UHGV virus genome: UHGV-0371891 | Length of the DNA: 6,611 bases | Origin: a virus | Strand: one strand, 5' to 3' | Part shown: one piece after another, positions 1-4,325 of the stretch | Layout of the letters: every line of letters begins with the position of its first letter | Numbering within the stretch: position 1 is the stretch's first letter | Made by a program: the position numbers and the translations under genes | Notes under the pieces: model-generated | The model's input: only the letters and a program-made list of their open reading frames with translations | Told to the model about the DNA's origin: nothing | Databases searched by the model: none

Positions 1-299
1 TAATTCATGCTTGGAATACCCACACATGTACTTGCACTCGGAAGCCCGGCGAACTTCCTGTGCGTGGTGACCTTGCATATACTCCCGCCCAAATGTATGA
101 AGCTGCTAAAGCTGGTGTACCTATTTCTGCTCAGAACATTTCTCAACTCCCCTCGGATGATTTTACTGACGAGGAGTCTTGGATTGTCCCCGTTGAATAT
201 CGTAGAGGCCAGGATATTGCTGATATTTGGAATGCTCAACGTGATGCTCGCGCTAAGATTGTAGCCGCCTACAATGAAAAGCGTAAACAGCTAGAATAA
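1..299 (+). CDS. 3' part of a roughly 104-aa hypothetical protein that wraps around the window end. It continues in frame from the ATG at 6599. An in-window alternative start is the GTG at 60.
   Basis: The frame is open from position 3 with no stop. The residue g at 6611 plus ta at 1-2 forms the codon gta, which continues MKQV into VIHAWN... The stop TAA at 297-299 overlaps the VP2 ATG (TAATG). The gene sits between VP1 and VP2 and has the same T-rich wobble bias as the core genes. Confidence 0.5.
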   Translation, partial: IHAWNTHTCTCTRKPGELPVRGDLAYTPAQMYEAAKAGVPISAQNISQLPSDDFTDEESWIVPVEYRRGQDIADIWNAQRDARAKIVAAYNEKRKQLE

Positions 300-1420
300 T
301 GGGAAAATTTTTTACAGGTGCTGGTAGTGCTCTGATTGGCGGAGCACTTTCCGGCATCTCTAATTTATTTGGTGCACATTCTCAGAATCAATCTGTTGAA
401 AAACAGCTCGCGGCGGCACGTGAAGAAGCTGAGAAAACCCGTAAATGGCAGACCTCTGAACGTGAGGCTCAAAATGATTGGAATTTTAAACTTTGGCAGG
501 CTAATAATGATTACAACACTCCTGCTGCTGTTCAGGCTCGTTTAAAAGCTGCTGGCATCAATCCCGATTTGTATGCTACTAACGGTGCCTTACAAGGTTC
601 ATCTATTCAGGCACAAGGTGGTCATACTCCATCTGGCCCTGTTGCTGATACTTCTGCTTGGAACCGTTACAGACCTATTGGAAGTATTGCCTCGCAGGCT
701 CTTGCTGATACTGCCTTGTCTGCTCAAGCAGCTAAAACCTCTGCTGAAACAGAAGGTCAAAAACACACGAATGACATTCTCTCTTCTGATGCTTCATTTC
801 GTGATGCTTTCAATCAGGGACAACTCGACACTATGGAAAGTACTATCCTTGTTAACGGTAGTAAGATCAAACTTAATGATGCGCAGGCCTCGCAAGCTCG
901 TAGTATGGTTGAACAGATCAATGCCTCTATTAAGAAGATGTCTTCTGAAATCGATCTTTTGATTTCTCAGGCAGCTGATGTTGATGACCGTATTTGGGAA
1001 CGTCATGTTCGTGTTGCTTTAGATTCGTTTATTGAGCATGGCAAGCTTAAGATATCTCAAGGACAGCTTGAAATTTCTCAGGAGCAGCTTAAGGCAGCTC
1101 TTCGTGAACTCGGAGTTAAACTACCTCTTATGACATCTGAAAAGAAACGGAATGAAGCCTTATCCTCATTCTACCAGGATTTAGGTTTCAAGGTGAATGC
1201 AGAAGAAGATCGTCTTCGTTTTGACTTAATGCAAGACATGAATTGGGATGATTTTGAGCGTACTATGCAGCAAATTCATGTTATTCTTAATGATGCTGCG
1301 GCATTCGTTCCTTTCGCAAATCCTCGTCGTCCTAGTAATTCAGGTAAGCCACGTGAAAGACATGAGACCAAAAGTGCTGATGGACAATCTAAACATGTTT
1401 ATTATGATTATTATGATTAA
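299..1420 (+). CDS. VP2: Minor capsid / DNA pilot protein (VP2-like)
   Basis: A 373-aa ORF directly downstream of the capsid gene. Its N-terminus is Gly-rich (GAGSALIGGALSGISNLFGA), followed by long Ala/Gln/Glu-rich helical or coiled-coil segments. It has strong T-ending codon bias like VP1/VP4 and a TAATG start-stop overlap with the upstream gene. The assignment rests on synteny and composition, not on a recognisable catalytic motif. Confidence 0.65.
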   Translation: MGKFFTGAGSALIGGALSGISNLFGAHSQNQSVEKQLAAAREEAEKTRKWQTSEREAQNDWNFKLWQANNDYNTPAAVQARLKAAGINPDLYATNGALQGSSIQAQGGHTPSGPVADTSAWNRYRPIGSIASQALADTALSAQAAKTSAETEGQKHTNDILSSDASFRDAFNQGQLDTMESTILVNGSKIKLNDAQASQARSMVEQINASIKKMSSEIDLLISQAADVDDRIWERHVRVALDSFIEHGKLKISQGQLEISQEQLKAALRELGVKLPLMTSEKKRNEALSSFYQDLGFKVNAEEDRLRFDLMQDMNWDDFERTMQQIHVILNDAAAFVPFANPRRPSNSGKPRERHETKSADGQSKHVYYDYYD

Positions 1421-1511
1421 TTAACCCAAAACATCTGGTAAAGTTCTAAAGAATGTCTATCTTTGTAGTGTTATAAGAAACAAAATTATCAACCTTTAAA
1501 ACATTACGATT

Positions 1512-1793
1512 ATGGACATTCTTTTACAGTATTTAAACATTAGGAAACAAAAACAAGAGTATGTGAAGGTAGTAGATCTACCCTGTAGTACAGTTTACCA
1601 AGCCTTGGAATTGGAGATGGCTGATAGAGCTATATCTTTTGTGGATTATATGCAACAAACATATCGATCTACATATCTTTTTGCAGGCATCATTGACGCG
1701 GAGTACTGTAATCGCACTGCTCGTGCGGTATTCTCTTACACTGACTTTTGTCAGTTAACTTGTGGACTGGGTGAAACATCCAGCATTGACTAA
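1512..1793 (+). CDS. Hypothetical 93-aa protein. Its coding status is uncertain.
   Basis: An ORF with an A/T-rich start context similar to the other genes. Its codon usage differs from the core genes: it uses aga/agg/cga/cta/gta where VP1/VP2/VP4 prefer cgt/ctt/gtt. It ends in the TAA that forms part of the ori-like motif. Confidence 0.3.
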   Translation: MDILLQYLNIRKQKQEYVKVVDLPCSTVYQALELEMADRAISFVDYMQQTYRSTYLFAGIIDAEYCNRTARAVFSYTDFCQLTCGLGETSSID

Positions 1794-1810
1794 CTTGATA
1801 TATGTAGCAC
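1792..1810 (+). promoter_or_regulatory. phiX174 origin-like sequence AACTTGATATATGTAGCAC (compare phiX ori cAACTTG|ATATTAATAACAC). Candidate Rep nick site between G1797 and A1798.
   Basis: Nine consecutive identities (ACTTGATAT) and about 15/19 overall to the phiX174 (+) origin core as I recall it. Flanked upstream by a second TAACTTG copy (1756-1762) and by the hairpin 1740-1755 (aCTGAC tttt GTCAGt). Confidence 0.45.
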
Positions 1811-1850
1811 AACTGACACATTGTTCAGCTTGTGTGAAAGATTTGAATGA

Positions 1851-1867
1851 GGAGCGCCTTGCGCTCC
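1851..1867. repeat. Hairpin GGAGCGC-ctt-GCGCTCC (7-bp stem, 3-nt loop)
   Basis: Perfect reverse-complement arms. It shares the GAGCGC core with the repeats at 2155-2170 and 2240-2247. Confidence 0.7.
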
Positions 1868-2034
1868 CTCGCTCAATCAGGCTACAGCCTTACGAACTTC
1901 CCAAGTTCGGTTTGCGTTCTTATCCATTCTGTCCCTTCCTCTATCGCAAACATCAAAACATATTTTTCCTTTTTTCTTTCGAGACGTGCAATAAAACAAT
2001 GCGTAGGGAAAAATAGCGTTTGGCGTTCTGTAGT

Positions 2035-2074
2035 AAACTATGTTAAACCAAGCGTAGCGACTTTAACATAGTTT
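2035..2074. repeat. Perfect 13-bp inverted repeat AAACTATGTTAAA / TTTAACATAGTTT separated by a 14-nt spacer (stem-loop or cruciform)
   Basis: Read directly: 2035-2047 is the reverse complement of 2062-2074. It lies in a non-coding region between VP2 and VP4. Confidence 0.8.
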
Positions 2075-2110
2075 GGTACAGGTTGATAAACGATATTTTT
2101 AACTACACTT

Positions 2111-2118
2111 TATCTTTG
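2111..2118 (+). promoter_or_regulatory. TATCTTTG box matching the Bacteroides -7 promoter consensus TAnnTTTG. A second identical box sits at 1458-1465.
   Basis: An exact 8-mer occurs twice, both times in intergenic DNA upstream of + strand genes. The -33 TTTG partner is poor (GTTG at 2082-2085), so the call is weak. Confidence 0.3.
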
Positions 2119-2150
2119 CACATCTTGAGAGATAAAAGGAAATTATGAAA

Positions 2151-2300
2151 TCGTGAGCGCGGGAGCGCGAACACCTCTCTGTCATCTTGGATGACGCCTC
2201 TGTATACACAGCGTAACGAAGTGAAGCGCGTCAGGGATAGGAGCGAGTATCGGCGAAGCCGATTTGTTTGAGCGGATAGCCCGCCCGGACGCCCAAATTA
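2151..2300. other. GC-rich structured island. About 57% GC by my count, against roughly 32-42% in sampled coding stretches. It contains the tandem GAGCGCG-gg-GAGCGCG (2155-2170), GGAGCGAG (2240-2247), and the hairpins GTCATC-ttg-GATGAC (2181-2195) and ATCGGC-gaa-GCCGAT (2249-2263).
   Basis: Counted by hand over 2151-2300. Repeats and stems read directly. It lies immediately upstream of the VP4 start. Confidence 0.6.
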
Positions 2301-2313
2301 AAAATAAAAAACT

Positions 2314-3711
2314 ATGGCAAATATTCTTTGTGAAAAACCAAAATATATTTTGAATCCTGCTTTTAAGGATGCACTTTTGCAAACTGGAAAATATGTTTAC
2401 AACGGAGATGCAACTTTTGTACCAGAAATGCGACTTGCTGCATGGCGTTGGAACTTTCCGTATGCCCTGTTTACGCCGAAAAATATTGACTTTCAAAACA
2501 CTATCTCTTGGGAAGATAGTTTTTATGCCATTGACCGCGATGGTGATGTTGTACCTATGTTTTTGGCAATTCCGTGTCGCAAATGTGCTCTTTGTCGAAA
2601 GAGAAATGCTCGTGAATGGATGTTTCGCGCAGTCGCTGAATCGCAATCATCCCGTTCTGTTCCCTATTTTATCACTCTTACTTACAATCCCATACACCGT
2701 CCTACAGATGGTGTAGACAAAAAACATGTACAAGATTTTCTTAAACGTTTGCGTCAAATTCTTGTTAGAGACCATGGTTATGATGAGAAAATTCGGTATT
2801 TTGCCGCTGCTGAGTATGGCAGTCATACGAAGTTGCCTCATTATCATCTTATTTTGTGGAATATGCCTATTCACATGTCTTCTATGGATGTGTATCAGGT
2901 TGTTCATCAGGCTTGGTCTGTTCGAGAACGAGTTTATAACAAACTTACTCATCGCTTTGATTGGAATTATATAGGTGAATTTGGATTTGTCTATTGCAAA
3001 CCTTGCACCCAAGGTGGTATCCAGTATTGTATGAAATACATGCGTAAAGAGAGTGATATTCCTAAAGGTTGTAAACCAACTTTTTACCTGTCATCCCGCC
3101 GTGGCGGCGGTCTTGGTTATAAATGGTGTCTCGACCACATTATGTGGTTCTATCAGAATCCTGACGTTTTGACTATTGAAATTGTTGACAAATTTACAGG
3201 TGAGCGTTTTACGTCGTATATCCCTGCATATTTTCGTCGGAAACTTTATCCAACCCCATCTCTACTTGTTCGCAAAGAAATACGTGATACTATTCAGTTG
3301 GTAGACTATTTTTTATCACTACGTGCGTGTCTTTGGCAGATACATCTTCACATGCCTGATAAAGAAGTTAATGTTACTCGTAAACATCTTCATGAGAAGT
3401 TCCCTTTTTACGATTTTGATACTTGTGTGCAACGTTTCCCCCGCTTTATTTTTAGTAATGCGAAGCATTTTTATGCTACTTATGAGGAAGATTCTCTCAT
3501 TGTTATGGAACATATCCTCGAGCCTCTTCTGGCTATGCTTGAAACTTACGAATTCGATCTTAAGTATTACAAAATGATGACTGCGGCCAAGCGTGAACAT
3601 CACGAGTTTGTGAGTGAACACATGTTAACGCAACCTGAGGTTGATATAACGTATGTTAAATATAAGACAGATAACGAGAATATTCTTGCTATTTACAAAG
3701 AAACTTTATAA
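2314..3711 (+). CDS. VP4: Rolling-circle replication initiator protein (Microviridae VP4 / gene A-like, HUH endonuclease superfamily)
   Basis: Zinc-finger-like CRKCALCRK (nt 2575-2601). RCR motif 1 FITLTY (2668-2685). Motif 2 HYHLILW (2839-2859). Motif 3 with paired tyrosines YCMKYMRK (about 3025-3048), comparable to YVAKYVNK of phiX174 A protein. 465 aa. Confidence 0.9.
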   Translation: MANILCEKPKYILNPAFKDALLQTGKYVYNGDATFVPEMRLAAWRWNFPYALFTPKNIDFQNTISWEDSFYAIDRDGDVVPMFLAIPCRKCALCRKRNAREWMFRAVAESQSSRSVPYFITLTYNPIHRPTDGVDKKHVQDFLKRLRQILVRDHGYDEKIRYFAAAEYGSHTKLPHYHLILWNMPIHMSSMDVYQVVHQAWSVRERVYNKLTHRFDWNYIGEFGFVYCKPCTQGGIQYCMKYMRKESDIPKGCKPTFYLSSRRGGGLGYKWCLDHIMWFYQNPDVLTIEIVDKFTGERFTSYIPAYFRRKLYPTPSLLVRKEIRDTIQLVDYFLSLRACLWQIHLHMPDKEVNVTRKHLHEKFPFYDFDTCVQRFPRFIFSNAKHFYATYEEDSLIVMEHILEPLLAMLETYEFDLKYYKMMTAAKREHHEFVSEHMLTQPEVDITYVKYKTDNENILAIYKETL

Positions 3712-3713
3712 CT

Positions 3714-3893
3714 ATGCCGTACATTTATGCTAAGATATATCCAAAGGTGATGCTCGCTTATGAAAAGGATAAGATTTCTTATCGTACCTTTGAGACTCTT
3801 GATGAGTATATTTTGTTTGTAAACTTTGAATTACCTGGACTTATGCGGGATGACTTCCTCATAGTCCTATCTAATAATTTTTGTTTCACTTAA
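3714..3893 (+). CDS. Hypothetical 59-aa protein (MPYIYAKIYPKVMLAYEKDKISYRTFETLDEYILFVNFELPGLMRDDFLIVLSNNFCFT). It is not in the supplied ORF track because it is under the length cut-off.
   Basis: The ATG lies 2 nt after the VP4 stop. Translated by hand, the ORF fills the gap between VP4 and the next ORF almost exactly, with its stop TAA at 3891-3893. Tight packing is typical of microvirus small genes. Confidence 0.35.
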   Translation: MPYIYAKIYPKVMLAYEKDKISYRTFETLDEYILFVNFELPGLMRDDFLIVLSNNFCFT

Positions 3894-3905
3894 AATTTTT
3901 ACATT

Positions 3906-4130
3906 ATGGTAAAATTAAACGTAGATTGCTGTTCAGTTGCAGCACAAGACAATGAACCTCGTGTTACCTTTGCAACCCGCAAATTCCTGTCTACTCAGGA
4001 AGAGATACCAGTTGTTGTTATAGTTCGTGAACACATTCCTCTATCTGCTGCTATGCAGTTGATTGTTACAGACCGTCAGTTACCTGATGGCATGTATGAA
4101 CAATATTTAATTGAACCGGAAAATGACTAA
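3906..4130 (+). CDS. Hypothetical small acidic protein (74 aa)
   Basis: The start context ttATGGtAAAAtt resembles the VP1/VP4 starts. The protein has a net negative charge, with about 12 D/E against about 6 K/R. Its end overlaps the next ORF. Confidence 0.4.
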   Translation: MVKLNVDCCSVAAQDNEPRVTFATRKFLSTQEEIPVVVIVREHIPLSAAMQLIVTDRQLPDGMYEQYLIEPEND

Positions 4131-4323
4131 ACAGCAGATTTATAAAATTATAGAGCACGCGACTACTTTCATTCTCGGAGTAGCCGCGGCTATTCTTTTG
4201 GATAGTTGCACTGCATCTATGTCCCTGTTTTGGAAAAACCAAAATTCCTCTCAAGGCACGCAACAGTCTACTACTACGCGTGTGGATAGTTTAAAAACTC
4301 CTGATATTAATGTAAATCTTTAA
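4111..4323 (+). CDS. Small membrane-anchored or lipoprotein-like protein (66-70 aa). It is a candidate lysis or envelope-targeting protein.
   Basis: Basic n-region (MNRKMTKQQIYK), hydrophobic stretch FILGVAAAILL, then DSC and a polar Ser/Thr/Gln-rich tail. The alternative start ATG at 4123 overlaps the stop of the upstream ORF (aATGacTAA). The ORF ends 3 nt before the VP1 ATG. Confidence 0.45.
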   Translation: MNRKMTKQQIYKIIEHATTFILGVAAAILLDSCTASMSLFWKNQNSSQGTQQSTTTRVDSLKTPDINVNL

Positions 4324-4325
4324 TT

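Noticed and set aside
1762-2071. ORFs 1762-2016 and 1847-2071 in the VP2-VP4 intergenic region
   Set aside because: They run through hairpins and palindromes, have no start context resembling the real genes, and overlap each other. They are more plausibly non-coding regulatory DNA.
2035-2074. The 13-bp inverted repeat as a Rho-independent terminator
   Set aside because: No U-run follows the stem on either strand, and the 14-nt loop is long for a terminator. It is kept as a candidate recombination or replication element.
2136-2153. SD-like AAAGGA followed 5 nt later by ATG (2145)
   Set aside because: The reading frame is ATG AAA TCG TGA, only three codons. The other genes use no SD, so this is probably coincidence, or at most a tiny leader peptide.
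2151-2300. Possible tRNA or other small RNA gene in the GC-rich island
   Set aside because: There is no T-loop (GTTCRANYC) or D-loop signature, and the hairpins present cannot be arranged into a cloverleaf. It is kept only as a generic structured element.
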